From an uncultured Synergistaceae bacterium (GTDB lineage Bacteria; Synergistota; Synergistia; Synergistales; Aminobacteriaceae), in assembly GCA_964458805.1 (NCBI GenBank), contig CAYWKH010000003.1:1-56709 (forward strand): DNA of 56,709 nucleotides. The letters are read 5' to 3'. This document shows, one piece after another, positions 56,295 to 56,709 of this stretch. Made by a program: the position numbers and the translations under genes. How positions within the stretch are numbered: position 1 is the stretch's first letter; each line of letters begins with the position of its first letter. Below the pieces are notes generated by a model, which saw only the letters and a program-made list of their open reading frames with translations, was not told the origin of the DNA and searched no databases.

Positions 56295-56709
56295 TCACAG
56301 TCGATATCGCTCGACGAGCTGGGAGAGGTTCCGCCCCATCTCCCTCAGGTCCACGGACGCCGACTCGAGGTCCTTCATCATGGCGACGTTCTGTTCACCC
56401 GCTGTCTTGATGCTCTCCATAGCCTGCGCCACCTGGTCCACGCCCGACAGCAGCTCGTTGTTGGCGGCCGCGATCTGGGCCGCGGACTGGGCCGACTGCA
56501 CGAACCTGGCGGTCAGGTTCTGGATGGACTCCTTCGAGGGGACCGCGTCCACCGCCCACTGCTCGACGGCCTTCGACCCCTGCTCTATCACCATGACGGA
56601 GGCGCTGGTGGCCTTTCTTATGTCGCGAAGAATCCTCTGCACCTCCTTGGCCGACTGCTTCGACTGCTCGGCGAGACTCTTTATCTCCCGGGCCACTACC
56701 GAGAACCCG
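56295..56709 (-). CDS. Methyl-accepting chemotaxis protein, C-terminal part (5' end outside the window)
   Basis: 'VVAREIKSLAEQSKQSAKEV' and 'IAAANNELLSGVDQVAQAMESI' are the MCP signalling-domain descending helix and its C-terminus. Confidence 0.85.
   Translation of the reverse strand, partial: GFSVVAREIKSLAEQSKQSAKEVQRILRDIRKATSASVMVIEQGSKAVEQWAVDAVPSKESIQNLTARFVQSAQSAAQIAAANNELLSGVDQVAQAMESIKTAGEQNVAMMKDLESASVDLREMGRNLSQLVERYRL

Noticed and set aside
1-56709. Search for CRISPR arrays, tRNA/rRNA genes, IS elements or transposases, and integrases
   Set aside because: No regularly spaced direct repeats, no tRNA-like cloverleaf signatures (for example GTTCGAATC-type T-arms) in the intergenic regions, no rRNA-like stretches, and no transposase or integrase-like ORFs were seen.

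Overview
High-GC bacterial chromosomal window, densely coded and mostly housekeeping or metabolic. The abundance of TRAP and amino-acid transporters, an AsmA/TamB-like envelope protein and the methylmalonyl-CoA pathway genes hint at a Synergistota-like amino-acid fermenter, but that is inference only.

Gene order:
- 1-3105: an accessory-looking left edge. It holds the 3' end of an S24 LexA/CI-like repressor, an unknown 159-aa protein and a DUF1828/DUF1829 protein, closed by a terminator. Two small secreted proteins follow, then an AT-rich foreign-looking segment of about 0.8 kb (about 2270-3105) that runs in frame into one of them.
- 3224-6519: GntR regulator, class-I fumarate hydratase alpha/beta, biotin carrier, OadG-like subunit and methylmalonyl-CoA epimerase.
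- 6780-14423: YvyF-like zinc-ribbon protein, Usp, prepilin peptidase, alpha/beta hydrolase, an orphan tail-anchored protein, Psd-like protein, gyrA and a DJ-1/PfpI protein.
- 14491-20012: a TRAP dctPQM-ilvD operon, a cupin and a membrane protein.
- 20033-26317: gpt divergent from a BMP-type nucleoside ABC importer, then a DUF554 protein.
- 26319-29965: a second TRAP system co-operonic with a VanX-type D-Ala-D-Ala dipeptidase.
- 30119-38834: a glycogen cluster (GH57, malQ, glgP, glgA, glgC).
- 38902-46740: a 1136-aa AsmA/TamB-like protein, dapF, a short metH and metF.
- 46744-52919: a Liv-type ABC transporter downstream of lysA. lysA is preceded by a well-formed T-box leader with a lysine specifier and a consensus promoter.
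- 52933-56709: cheB, a cheA-REC hybrid and the 3' end of an MCP gene.

No rRNA, tRNA, CRISPR array or transposase was recognised.

Best candidates for new biology:
1. The S24 / 159-aa / DUF1828-1829 operon plus the adjacent AT-rich insertion.
2. The Lys T-box controlling lysA and possibly the ABC transporter.
3. A Psd-family protein that lacks the Gly-Ser self-processing site and is coupled to gyrA.
4. The TRAP-VanX operon.

Many long antisense ORFs in the track are high-GC shadow ORFs and were rejected.
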